NCBI GenBank assembly: GCA_001179505.1
Contig: CDMY01000373.1
Location: forward strand, 31,784 to 95,783
Direction of reading: 5' to 3'
Origin: Vitrella brassicaformis CCMP3155
Lineage: Eukaryota; Protista; Chromerida
Length of the DNA: 64,000 nt
The translations under genes and the position numbers were made by a program. The notes under the pieces were generated by a model that made no database searches, was not told where the DNA came from, and saw nothing but the letters and a program-made list of their open reading frames with translations. Positions 1 through 12,899 of the stretch are shown piece after piece. Position 1 is the first letter of the stretch; the number at the start of each line of letters is the position of its first letter.

Positions 1-3000
1 GGGCTGAGGGCGATGTTGGGACCGTCCTCGAGGTGCGGGTTGGTGCATGACTCATTGCCGTGCGATGTGGGCACCCGTGGTGTGGAGTTGCTGGGCTGGC
101 TGGGCTGGCTGTCGTCGATGTCCCCTTCTGACTCGCTCGCCTCGCCCTCGGGCCCCTTGGGGGCCTTGGGCTTGACCACCCACTCCTTCCGACACCGCGG
201 CCCAGCACCACCACCACCACCATGTTTGTCGCCGCCCTTAGCCGCTGATGCATTCGATGGTGGGGTGGGGAGGATGATCGGGGGCTGGTGCTGCTGGGGG
301 GCCGCCGCAACGGGCGACGGGGCATGGTCATGCCTCTTGGCGTGCGATCGGTCATGCCTCGTGTCGGCCAGCCGGTGGTCGTCAGCCCCCTCATGATTCA
401 GATGTGCTGCGTGTGCCCCGCTCTTGCCGCCTGGCTCCAGCAACAGCGGTCGGTCGCCGACGAAGGGTTGTGAGGGCCTGATGGGGAAGGCCGCCTGCCT
501 TGAGCCGTGTGATGGCGACTTGTCATCCGATGGGGGCGTGCGGGAGGCAAGGGCACTGTCGAAGGAGGGCGTTGTCGGCGGCCGCTGGCCACTGCTGCTG
601 CTGGGGGCGGGAGGAGACACCGGGCCGTCATGCCCAATGGAGCGACCGAAGTTGTGGGGCTGTCGTGGTTGCGGCGGCATCTGCTGCTGCTGCTGCTGCT
701 TCTCGGATCGCTTTTTCGGCTGCTTCTCGGCTGCCGAAGTGCCGTTGTGTGCCACAGCAGCAGCAGCAGCAGCAGCAGAAGCCGCCGGTGGTATGGCCGG
801 AGGCGCCTTGCCTTTGGCCTTGCCGACAGCCGTCTGGACATCCTTGCTGTTGCTTGGGGTGATGGGAAGAGGCGTCTGTGGTGCCGCCTTGGCCTTGCTG
901 GACTCTTTGCCGGTGACGGCCTTCTTTGGCGGCTCGAGTGCCGCTTTCTTGGCCTCGGCCGATGGTCGGCCCTTCTTGGGCGGCGCGTCAGGCGGTGCCT
1001 TAGGAGCATTTGATTCGCTTCTGAAATAAGAAGGAGCCAACACATGGATCGATCGAGAGATGACTGCCATATTGCTCACGATTTGGAAGCGGCCTTGTTA
1101 TCTGGTTTCTTGTCGGCGGCCGTCGATTTCCTCTTCTTGGTGGTGTCCTCTTCGGGTGGTGGCTGTGGCTGCTGCTCCTTGGCGGCCTTTTTCTGCTGCG
1201 CCTCCTTCTCCTTGTCCTTCTTGTTGTTGTTGTCGGCGTCCTGCTGCTGCTGCTGCTGCTCCTTTTGCCGCTGCTGCTGGGCTTCCATCTCCCTCTGGCG
1301 ATCGGCCTCCTCTTGGGCCAGTTTGTCGGCCTGCTCCTTCTTCTGCTGGGCTTCGTGGTCGTCTTGTTTCTTCTTGAGCACCTCTGCCTTCTCCACCTCC
1401 TTCTTGCGCTCCTTGTTCTTCTTGGCCTGGCCGTCAAACTTCCCGCCCGGCATCGGAGCTGCTGACTTCCTGCTCGCCTTGCCCTCACCAACGCCACCAC
1501 CACCACCACTATTGCCACCTTTCCCTCCCCCGCCACCATCGCTGTCACGACTGCTTCCCGCACTGCCCTCGCGCTTCGAAGCCCCCGGGCTCCCATCGCC
1601 GCCCTTGCCCTTGTCAGCCTTGCTGTTGGTCGAGGCCTTCTGTCTGTTGCTTTTGCTGTCGGGCTGCGTGGCGGCCGGCGGGGAGGGGGGAGGGGGCTCG
1701 ACGCCGTCGATGGCTGACTCCCATGCGATGCCGTCGTCGACGTCGTCGAAGGGGTTGGGGGCCGCGGCGCCCATCTGCTCGACGGGCTGGATGGTGGGCA
1801 GTGGGGGGATGAACTGGCCCTTGCCCTCCTGGATCTGGACGAAGATCGTGACCAGCTTGTTGGCAGCCTCTTTGTCCAGCCACTTCGACAAAGTTTTTCG
1901 GGGATGGCTCACGCCGGAGGGCTTCTCCTTGGCGCGGACGCGCCATGAGAACCTGCAGCACCGATGAATGCATCGCATGTGCAGGGAAGGGGCGGTGCAT
2001 GTTGCAGCTGTGGTTGTGTATGTGTGTGTCTACTTGAGGCGCAGGCATTCTTTGCGCTCAAGGTGGGCGAAGTCCCTGACGACGTCCTTGACCTCTTGGG
2101 GCTCATCGGGCGACCGCATCTTGGGCGGCACGAGCTTCGACGCCACCAACCTGCACACACACACACATCACCCATCGCCCGCCACACACACCCAGCTACC
2201 GCCCGATGGATCGTACCTCGGCAGAATGCATTTGTTGAATAGGTCGCCGAGCGTGATGGCCCCCGGGACGAGCATGCAGCCGATGCACTGGTTGGTGCGG
2301 TTGGGGTAGCCCTGGTAGACAAACGCCAACGCATGGACACCCCCGTCTGAACCAATGCATTCATCACACACAGACACACACACAGACGATTGCCGCGTGA
2401 ACATGTCAGTCTCTCTCTCTCTCTCTCTCTTGCTGTGTGTGTGGGGGGGGGGGGGGGGGNNNNNNNNNNNNNNNNNNNNNNNNNNNNNNNNNNNNNNNNN
2501 NNNNNNNNNNNNNNNNNNNNNNNNNNNNNNNNNNNNNNNNNNNNNNNNNNNNNNNNNNNNNNNNNNNNNNNNNNNNNNNNNNNNNNNNNNNNNNNNNNNN
2601 NNNNNNNNNNNNNNNNNNNNNNNNNNNNNNNNNNNNNNNNNNNNNNNNNNNNNNNNNNNNNNNNNNNNNNNNNNNNNNNNNNNNNNNNNNNNNNNNNNNN
2701 NNNNNNNNNNNNNNNNNNNNNNNNNNNNNNNNNNNNNNNNNNNNNNNNNNNNNNNNNNNGGGGGGGGGGGGGGGGGGGTACCCATTCCGTGTCGGAGGTA
2801 TCTCGGCACGGTGGTGTTGTTGAAGGCCGACGTCTCCGGGATCCCATGTGGCCGCGGCGGAAGCAGCACCAATATCTGTCAGACAAAGAACAGACCATAC
2901 CCCTTCTCCAACTCCCTCCCTCCTTGTCCCCTCCCCTGCTGCTTGCTCTCAGCGATCTACCTACCTTGAGTGTGTGTGGCCCGCTGTCCCGGTCGCTGCT

Positions 3001-6000
3001 GCTCTGCATGATGAGGTTCTGGGGGTCGCCCGAAGACGGCACATCCACATAGTCTCGCAAAGGACGGTGCCGCTGACTCTCGGGGACGATCGGCATCAAC
3101 GTGAAACCCCTGACAACACATGAGCCCATCCATTGTGGATGGATGGATGGATGGATGGACGGATGGACTCTTTGTTCTTGACCGAGCTCACCTCTGCTGC
3201 TCTCTCTTTCTGTCCTTTGCCGCTGCGTCGGTCTTGAGGTCTGTGAAGGCGTAGAGCCAGATGCCCTCGGTGCAGGGCCACTCGGGCGATGAGGAGGGGT
3301 CGCTCCACTTGAGGTAGGCGTCCGCCGGCAGGAAGAGCACGAAGAACAGCAGGTGGTACAGATCCTCTACCGTCATCAACATGCTGAGTGAGACCACACG
3401 CACACACAGACACACCGCATCCGTGTCGATCTCCCCCGTGTATGGTATGCCGTTTGCTTACTTTGCGATGATCCTCCTGGTGCTGGTGCACTTGGCGTCA
3501 AAGTCCCACTCCTCCAGCCCGATCATGTCGCTCGCACACAGCAGCATGATCTCCATCCACTGCCCCCGCGGCGGCAGCTGATGGACGGGCTTCCCAGTGT
3601 TGTCCGCAAACAAATAGATGCGGCTGGGATTCAGCTGCAAGGCGCTCTTCTCGAAGGACGGGATGGAGTAGGCGTAGCGGCAGAAGGCCTGGGCGGAGAG
3701 GGGGAAGTACTGCTTGCTGATGACGCCCGTCTCGGGGTCGCGGCAGGCTGTCGCCGGCTGCCAGATGTCGCGCGTCAGGTGGAAGAACCAGTCCTGCGAA
3801 CACGCCGCGCCGGCGACGTCACCCCAGGTAACAATGCCCTGCCCAAGACACCACACCAGGCACCCACCACACACATGAGAGACCAATGAGTGGATGTAAG
3901 GAGGCTCCCGGTGTGTGTACCTCCGACAGCCTGCTGGCCCACTTGAGGAAGCGGTCGAGCGCGCCGAGGATGCACGAGTCGAATTGGAATGTCTGCCGCT
4001 GGAAGTCCACCCACGGATGGACCGACTCGTTGCTGTCGCGGCACCGCTGCATCTCGGCGATGGCCCCGTCGTCGTTGGTGGAGATGTCGTAGGTGCACCT
4101 CAGCTCCGCCAAAATGGTCATGATGAACCGCCTGGCCACCACCCGCACCTCGTTCCGCACCTCGCCCCACTCCCGAGCCACCCTCCTCCCGCGCAAGGCC
4201 ACGCCATCGGGGGAGGGGGAGGGTGAAGCCCCCGCGCCCGCGCCCGCGCCCGCCCCCTCTGTGAGCCAGCTGATGCGGCACTGCACCGCCTCCATGCCCT
4301 GCTTGAAGGGCCGGGCCTTGTGCTTCTTATCCTTCTTGCTGCCGCCTGATTGAGATGACGCCGATGGTGACGGGGCGTCATCTGGTGGCTGCTGCGGTGA
4401 AGGTGAGGCTGCTGCTGATGGTGATGGTGCTGGAGGGGGCGGCGTGACCATACGGGTGCCGTTGGCGGAGAGGGACAGCAGCTCTTGGCGGAGGGAGAGG
4501 ATGGTCTGGACCATGTCGGCAATGATCTCGTTGAGATGGATGCGATCGATCCAGAAGCGCTCGCAGAAGGCGCCGACGTAACCTACCGACAAAACACACA
4601 CACACACACACACACACAGGCAGAAAAGTCTCAATGAAATGGAATGAAATGCGAAACAGTGATGAAGGTGTGGACGGACCTATGATAAGCCGCTGCGCAT
4701 ACTCCATCAAGCACTCCTCAAAGAAGTCCCGCCGCTTCTCCAGCACCGCCCCCGCCGAGCCCCCCGCCCTGCTCCCTGCCATGAAGAGCGACGTGATGCA
4801 GAAGGCGAATATGTCCTGCCATGCGTCCAGTGGCGGGGCGAAGGGGATCGGCGTCAGCCACTGGTACATCGACAAGCCCCTCAAGTCGCGCGGGAGGCTC
4901 TGCTCGAGGAGCATGCCGTGTGTGGAGAGGCCGGGGAGCAGGGGAGGGGGTGAGGCCCGCAGGGTGAGCTGTGTGGCGGATGCAGGGGGCGGGGCGGGGT
5001 AGAGGCAGCGGCTGATGGTCGGGTACAGCTGGGGGAGGGCACTGCACCCTGTCAGCAGACGCATGTGGTGCTGGAACAACCTGGAGAGAGAACACCATGG
5101 CCAATGCGTCTCTCTCTCTCTCTCTCTTTCTCTCTCTCCCCCCCTCTCTCTCTGTCTGTGTGTGTGTGGTGGGATGCACACCCGGTGTTGATGGCTTCTA
5201 TGTCAGGCGGAGCGATAGCGATGCGATTCTGCAGACTCCACAAGTCAGCCTGGAAGGAAGACATATAGACAGACAGACAGACAGAAACACACGCGGAGAT
5301 GTCCCTGTCCCTGTGCCTGTGTGTCTGTGTCTGTGTGTTTGTGTTTGTGTGCGTACGTTGACGTACACGGCGACGGCGCAGTAGAAGTGTTCGTTCATTT
5401 TCCACTCGCTGGGGAACACCCGGTCCTTCACCACACGCAACTCCTCCACACCGCCGTCAAGCACACGGAACCATGGACCATTCTACACACACACACACAG
5501 ACACAGCACAGACAGCCGTATTCTCTGCCCTCTTCTTGCTTCCCACGCCTCCCTCTCGCATCCTGTCTGGCACCTGACCTGCACGGGCCTGATGACGACG
5601 CTGATATGGGTCTCTATCTTGCCCCTCTCGGCCCCATCGACCTTCTTCGTCGGTATCCGCGGCGTCTCCTGCACTATCATCGCAAACAGGTCGTGCGTCG
5701 GCTTACAGCCGGCCGCCGCCCCGCTGCCACCACCACCACCCTTGTCCACGCCGTCAGCGGTGCCATTGCTGTCGGTGGATGCCTCGGCGTCATGCTTGGC
5801 AGCACTGCTGGCGGCATCGGCGGCTTGTGGCGGCGGGCTGTCCGGCGGGTCGTCCTTGTGCTCGGTGGGCGGAGGCTCGGCAGGCCTGTTGCGTCCCTTG
5901 GACTGCTTGCCCTTGCCGCCGCTGCCGCCACCGCCGCCAGGTGGCTTCTTTGCGGGGGTGGATGTTGCAGATGCCGGTGTTGATGCCGCTGCCGCCTGCT

Positions 6001-9000
6001 GCTGTGGCTGTGGCTGTGGCTGTTGGTGCGGCTGTGGCTCCCACTTGGGGTCGTCTGGCCGCGAGGGGCAGGACACGCCGACAGATGATACTGAAGGCAA
6101 AGACAGACAAGGGAAGGGTCTGTCTATTTGTCAGGTGTGTGTGGGCTTCTCACAAAGAGGTGGTACCTGTGGGGGTCTCTTCGATGCCGTTGGCCTCTCC
6201 ACCCCCATCGGTGTCTGCGGCCGCCCGCCGCGCCTCTTTGAGTCTGCAGGTCTCCTCCCACCGCCGGAGCGTCCGTGTGTCGGGCGGCCGGTCACCCGCC
6301 ACCGCCCCACCAGCAGCAGCAGCTGCTGCTGATTCTGACTCCGCTGGCCTCTCCTTCTCCTTGTCGCCACTGCTGTCACTGTTGTCCTTCTTGCGTAAGA
6401 GTCCAGAGAGGTCAGCGGCCAAGGGTATCTCGTGCAGGCCCTCGTCGCCCTTGGTGAGGTCCTTGTAGGTGGGGAAAAGCAGCATCACGGGCGCCAGACG
6501 GTCCAGCTTGCGATCGCTGTCCTGAAAGGGTGGGTGGGTGATGGATGACATACAAGTGTGGTGTGTGGATGGACGGTGCGCGTGTGGCGATGGTTGCTTA
6601 CCTCGATCCAGTCGGGAATTCTGGTGATTTTGGGTGCGGGTGCCTGCCCACCGGTACCCTTGTCCGGCGTGCGGTCGCGGGAAGGGTGGGACAGCCGGAT
6701 GGGCACCTTGGCGAAGTCATCCAACCCCCTGAATAATGACACACAACAAAGGGCCGACCGACCCACCGACCCACCGACACAAAGAGATCTTCTTTCTTCT
6801 TGCGTGCATGTGTGTGTGTGTGTGTGTGTGGTGGAATGCATCGCACCGCCCCTCACCCTTTGTCATTGTAAGAAGTCGAGAAGAGGTACTTGAAGATGGC
6901 CATCACCTGAGCAGACGAGTCGCGGCTCCCCTGTCCAGTCACACCACACCACACCACAACACACACCGTCGTGGCGTCTGTCCATGTGTCTGTCTGTGTG
7001 TGGGTGCCTGTTTGTCCTGCTTGAGGGATCCGCTGAGTCTAGTCAGCAGGTCTGTCGTCACCTTGCACCAGCTTTTGGCCTTCCCACCTTGACATAACCA
7101 CACACACACACACACACACAGGGACACACACACAGGGACACACACACACACACACCGATGGTCGGATGGATGGACTGCACGTGGCTGACGTACCGCCTGA
7201 GTCACTCCCCCGCTCTGCGATGATCTCTTCCGCTGGGTTGAAGTTCTCAATGATGTCCTGCACCGCACGCTCAGGCTGATCAGCCGCCAACGCATACCTA
7301 CACACACCACAACACACACACATACACACACGAAGACGGTGGGCGAGTGCATGTGTGTGTGGGTGTGGGTGTGGGTGCGCCTACAGCAGTGCCGTGGGCG
7401 CGGGCATCTTCGGCTGTGCCATGCCCATCTGTCCCTCCAGGTCCTTCAGGCCCATCTGCCCAGCCGTCTGCTGGTTGATGCTCCGCTCGAACCCCTCCAG
7501 CCGCACCAACCCAGCACCAGACCCAGCCGCCGCCCGGCCGCAGCTCCTGTCCCTCTCGTCCCGCCACGCCTCCTCCGGCCCGATGCCCTGCAGTGACTGC
7601 ACCCACACCTGCAGGTACAGCTCGGCGAAGAACGACTGAAGCGTCGACATCATCGTGATCCTGTCCTCGTCGCGCGGCAGGGAGGGACCCCCGCCGCTGC
7701 TGCTGCTGGTGGCGGTGGTCTGGTGTGCTGCTGCAGATGGTGCGGCGGTTGTGGCTGAGGCTGCCGTCCATTCCCGCCGCCTGGTGTTGCCCGACGGCGG
7801 AGAGGGAGAGAGGGAGGATCCTCCGCCAGGAGCACCGCACTGCGCCCCGCGGCTCTTCTGTGCCCGCCACGCCAGGAGATGCAGGGTGATCGGCTTGAGG
7901 TGGAAGAGGATGTGCAGGAAGGCCGTGGCGAAGGTGCAGTCGAAGGGCACCCGCAGCGCAGGGACGATGTACGGGTGATCATCGGGGAGCTGCACGTCGG
8001 TGCAGGGGGTGGTGGTGGTCTGGTTCCCACTGCCGTCGACGGGGTCGGTGGCGGCGAAGATGTTGGGATGCACCGCCCACGCCAGGTAAGGCCGATACCT
8101 GCCAAAGGAGTGAGTCAAGGCCGCAAAGTGGCTGTCGTGCCGTGTCCTTGATGGACGGATGGACGGCCCTTACCGTGGGTCAGGTGTCCAGAGCGTCTGG
8201 AAGAGCGGTCTGGCGGTGCATTTGATCATGATGGTCTTGTCCTCCATGTTGAGCACACCCTCCTTGATGATGCTGCTCGCCTTCAGCAGGGGAGACCACC
8301 CGCGCGACAGACTGCCTGAACCAACGAGAGAGAGAGAGAGAGAGAGAGAGAGGTGCCGAACGACACACAGACAGACAGACAGACAGGGAATTGTGGTCCA
8401 GCAGTGTTTGTCATTGTGTGCCACGTCGACCTTTGAAGAAGCTCCAGCTGCCCGACAGAGTTGCATTCTTGCTCCAGGTGCCGTCTGTGCCCCTACAGGA
8501 TATCTCAAACGACACCACGGGAGCCACCCACCTGACACACACACACACAAGGCCATCAAGCAAACGAAGACCAACTCACTGCCAAATGCCTCGCCCCCCC
8601 ACCAGTAGTCCTGGATGTCAGAGGCTCTGACGTCGACGTAGGCGGCTATCTCGACCTCCTTGGGCTGCTTGTCCGCCGTCGCCTCCGCCCCGTGCAGGTC
8701 GTTCCAAGTCTTGACATACAACCTGACACACACACACACACCGACACGACCACGACACACAGACAAAGACCGACTGGGCGCTGTTTCTACCACCGCACTC
8801 CCTGGGTCACTCCCTGACTGACCCGAATTTGAGGTTTGCGATTTGGCCCTCGTCTTCGGCTTTGCTGCGGTCCTCGACGGTGCGGATGCGCGGATTGGGG
8901 TTGTGGACGTCCACCTTGGCGACGTCACCGCCCCCTGCCAGGTTCTTGCCGTACTCGAGCTTGAGCATCGCCTCCGTCTTGTGGTGGTCATTTCGCAAAG

Positions 9001-9016
9001 GGCCTGGCTGACTCAT
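1..9016 (-). CDS. Large multi-exon protein with N-terminal MATH/TRAF-like domain and long low-complexity C-terminal region; runs off the window at position 1 and could be more than one gene
   Basis: ATG at 9016 (MSQPGPLRND). GT-AG spliced exons join to LYVKTWND...YWWVAPVVSFEISCRGTDGTWSKNATLSGSWSFFKGSLSRGWSPLLKASSIIKEGVLNMEDKTIMIKC, which resembles the MATH strand pattern. Many further minus-strand exons (e.g. 7381-8100, 3458-3830, 1076-1960) are separated by microsatellite introns. The K/E/Q-rich and P/A-rich tail is still open at position 1. Confidence 0.55.
2460..2759. other. Assembly gap (300 N) flanked by poly-G on both sides
   Basis: N run with G homopolymers directly on each side, inside an intron of the minus-strand gene. 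Confidence 0.98.
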
Positions 9017-9107
9017 CGGGCCGACCACAGGCCTGACTGGCCCCCTACTGGGCGAGGCAGGCCAGCAGACCGCCCTCTAATGAGTGGCAAGCGATGGGCG
9101 CGGCGCA

Positions 9108-9121
9108 ACAGGCCGATTGTG
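9108..9121 (+). promoter_or_regulatory. Candidate promoter element ACAGGCCGATTGTG (CCAAT-box-like)
   Basis: Identical 14-mer at 35160-35173 and core CACAATCGG (reverse complement) at 18906-18914. All three lie in divergent intergenic regions. Confidence 0.35.
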
Positions 9122-9799
9122 GTGCGGGCTGCCGATTCTTCGCACCATTTCCCTTTGCAAACGCAACAATGGCCTGCCTTTAGGCACAATTTCACGCCAA
9201 CAACCCTCCATTCCCTGCGAGCTTTTGAGATCGCAAGGCGAACGATTTTCCGCGGCGGTGCGCTCTCATGCACCCCCAGCACTCCGTGCGTGGTTGTTAT
9301 CAGGGCGTGTTTGTGTGTGACTGGGCGATCTGCACTGGCTGGCCACCTGGGGATGGGCGGTATCTACGTATGGAGTCATGGTGCCTGACGCACGCACGCA
9401 CGCCGCCTTCAAGCTGCTGCTGGGGTGGCGTGTGTGCGACGTTGTGTGCCTGCTTGTATGTGGCCGTCGTTCGCAGCGCATTGCATATCCTCCTGTCTGC
9501 TGCATCTGCCCTCTGCGTGCTGCGTGTTTCGTGTCCGGGTTGCATGTTAGGGTGTGTGTTTTCATGTTGGACAGACGACAGGGGACTTGGCCGTCAGGCC
9601 ACCTAGGGTGCTCCCTGAAACCGCTGCTGAACGATTTTCCCCTCACTGCTGCGGCGAGGCATCAGTGAGGCGATAGCGACCTCATCATGCAGCGATGAGC
9701 TCGCTGCACATTGCCTTCATCGGCCGCTGCTGCTGCTGACCCAGCTGCAGGGTGAGAGGACTTGAGAGTGGAGGCAGGCACAGCGCAGGAGCACCCACC

Positions 9800-12123
9800 A
9801 TGCAGCGGGCTGACACGTCACAGGTGAGATGCACAACCGACAGAGGCCCAGCACAGCGAGAAGGAAGACAAGGGCAGATGCCAGATCTTTCAAAGGCACA
9901 TCACACCCCATCCTCTGCCCTGCTCTCTCTGTCTTGTGTGGTGCTGTTGTTGTGTACTGTGCAGGTGCCTGGGTTTTTGGCCAAGACTTACGATTTGCTT
10001 GAGGAGGGGCAGTGGAGCGATATGATCTCATGGAACAAAGCCGGGGATGCCATCGTGGTATGTGGGTACCGTACCAGCAGCATGACCCTGCGCTGCTTGT
10101 AGACACGACACAGTACAGTGAGTGGCTGCTGTGTGTTGACTGATTGATTGCACTGGGTGGGGTGTGGTGGTCGGTGGTGGCAGGTGAAGGACTCGACGGC
10201 CCTGGCGGAGACGGTGCTGCCCCGCCTCTTCAAACACAACAACTACACATCGTTCGTCAGACAGGTACACAAGCGTGCAATCACGGGGGGCTTGGGCTCA
10301 CACAGATGCCGACCTCATCTGGCTCTCTCTGTGTGTGTGTGTGTGTGTGTGCTTCTAGCTGAACAACTATGGCTTCACCAAGATCACCAAGACGCGCAAC
10401 GAGTCCGCGGCCAACGGCATCGACGAGTTCCGGAACGACCTCTTCAAGAAGGGACAGAGGTACGGTGGGTGGAAGCAGGGCGGGCAGGCAGGGGCACGGC
10501 ACTCTCTTCATGTCTGTCTGTCTGTCATTATGCTTATCTGTATGTGTGTCTGATGCGATGCTTAGGTACATGCTGCGGATGATCCAGCGGAAGGTGCCTG
10601 ACATGGGCGGGGCGGCCTCACAGGTCACCAAGGAGGTCTCACAGGCATTTGCCCTCATGCAAGACAAACTGGTCAGCACGCACCACAGACAGAATTGATT
10701 GCCCACGCGCGGCACTGCACGTGTGCATCTGTCTGTCTGTCTGTCTGTGTCTGTCAGGTGGAGAGTGAGGAGCGGCTGGCGTCGATGGCGGCGGAGATGC
10801 GCAAGTTTCGCAGCACCGTCCAGGACCAGATCACCCAGCTGTGGCAGGAAAACAAGACGCTTCGGGTGAGTGAGCCATCGATCCGCCAACAGCCAATCCA
10901 ATGGCAGCCAGCCGTATGACTATGACATGTCCGTTCGTTCCTGTGTTTGTTCCCTGCCCTGCAGGATGAGCTGAACCGAATGCGCCGGCAGCAGGGGCTC
11001 AACCCGCTGGATGAGAGCGAGTATGTGATGTTATGTGACCAGAGAGCGACCTTCCCACCCCAGCGAGCTGAGCTCATGTTCACGTGCATCTTATGTTGGT
11101 GTGTGTGTCATGTCATGTGTGCAGGTCAGCTGCAGCAGCAGCACAGGCGGCGACGAGCATCAACTGCGCCAACGTGCTGCTGGAGTGTCTTGCGGATGGC
11201 CAGGGCCACATGCCCGCGCCTCCCCAGCCCTCCCCCGCCGTCATCCACCACCACCACCAGTCGGCACACACGCAGGAGGTGCCCCCCGGCCCCCCCGGGC
11301 CGCCATTTCTCCATCCCGACCTTCTCAGGATGTCATCTCCGGTGCGCGCCGCACCATGACAGACATGACGACGACCGATCACACACAACTGTCAGTCATG
11401 TGTGTCATGTCATGTGTTGCCTGTCGTTCTCCAGATGCCGCCATTCTCTGCTGCTGAGGGAATGAACCCTCCCGCTCCCGGCCAGATGATGGGCATGCCA
11501 GGCGCCATTGGAGGCATGGGAGGCGCCGCGCACAAATGGGAAGCCATGCAGCAGTCACCTGCACCAGCAGCGGCCGCAGCCACAGACCCGTCAGCCATCT
11601 TTCCCTGGGCAGCAGCAGCAGCAGCGGCATCGGCCACCGGCGTGGGGGTGCACACCACCCACCCCACAGAAGCACCGCCCCCCAAGAGCGACCAGGTCCC
11701 CCACCGCCCCCCGCACCAGGCCCTGCTGCCCTTCCTCAGCCCAGCACTGCCGGGCGCCCCTGTCTCGCCACAGCCCTTCTCTACCGACAGAATGCGCGCC
11801 GCCCTCCTCAGTGGTGTGCTGAGCGCTGGGCTGGCACAGCAGCACGCCCGATCCCTAATGCAGATGCAGCAGATGGCCGGCAGATTTGGGCAGCAAACGG
11901 GTCCTGGCGTTGATGCGTCGGAGGGAATGATGCCTGCGACTCATGCGGCGGCAGCAGCAGCAGCAGCAGCTGCTGCCGGTGGAGGGGGAATGGGCGCCAG
12001 CATGGCGGGGCTTATGATGCCGCCAGACATGGCAATGCCCGACATGTTCTCACTCGGTACCGATGGGCCGGGGACACAGCGACGCACGCCGACAGACAGA
12101 CACTCATCTGCTCTTGTTCTCGG

Positions 12124-12158
<35 letters not shown>

Positions 12159-12888
12159 TGTCTGTGTGCCTGATGCAGGGACCACCCCTCCTCACCCTCC
12201 CCCTAGCTCGGAATTCGCGCATCTGCCAGCCCTGTTTCAAGCGACCAAAAACGAGATCGCTGCTGCCGATGCGCTGCTCGCAAAGGCGCCGGCGACAGCA
12301 GCAGCATCTACCGCCCACAGCGAGACCCAAGGCGGCTCCCTGGATGAGGAGCGTCCTGATGAGGGGACAGCATCGGTTGCTGGTGGGCGGAAGCGGCCTC
12401 AGGATGCCCTGAGAAGCGGCGGCAGACACCCGAGCAGCAGCAACGCCCTCACCAAGGAGAATTTCCAGTTCGCTGGTGAGACACACAGCACCGCACCATT
12501 CATGAGTCGATCGATCGGTTGCTGTGCTGCAGGTGGCCCCATGGCGTCTCCGCAACGTGGCCTCTCGTCAGTGCCATATGCACCCCGGCCGTCAGGTGCG
12601 TGCGAGCAGGACGACAAGAGTGTCAGCGGCAGCAGCTATAACGGCAGCAACAGCCCCCAGCTCGCCGACAAGCACGACCCTTCCTGTTGGCCCCCCTACG
12701 ACCAGACCAAGCGGCCGAGGCGCATGGGGGTGGAGGGAGGGGTGGGGGACGGCTTTGACGCCAGCCATCTTCATGGGCATGGGCCCTCGGCTGCTGCTGC
12801 TGCTGCTGCTGGCGATTGGCCAGGAGGCCACGGAGGAGAGAGGGGATCCGACGACCAGAATGATGCTCTGAAGGTACCTATGGTGTGA
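9800..12888 (+). CDS. HSF: Heat-shock factor (HSF)-type transcription factor
   Basis: Spliced N-terminus MQRADTSQ|VPGFLAKTYDLLEEGQWSDMISWNKAGDAIVV|VKDSTALAETVLPRLFKHNNYTSFVRQ|LNNYGFTK...EFRNDLFKKGQR|YMLRMIQRK matches the HSF DNA-binding-domain pattern (FL.K.Y, I.W, LP..FKH.N..SFVRQLN.YGF.K). It is followed by a heptad coiled coil (LMQDKLVESEERL...LWQENKTLRDEL) and a P/A/M-rich tail. Stop at 12886-12888. Confidence 0.93.
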
Positions 12889-12899
12889 TTCATTGACTA

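Noticed and set aside
13-1967. Long plus-strand ORFs rich in C/L/A/G (e.g. 424-1029, 1044-1967)
   Set aside because: They are antisense shadows of the K/E/Q/P-rich minus-strand exons. High GC suppresses stop codons.
2440-2780. ORFs reading through the N run and possible G-quadruplex
   Set aside because: The ORFs are artefacts of Ns. The poly-G flanks probably explain the gap, and the true length is unknown.
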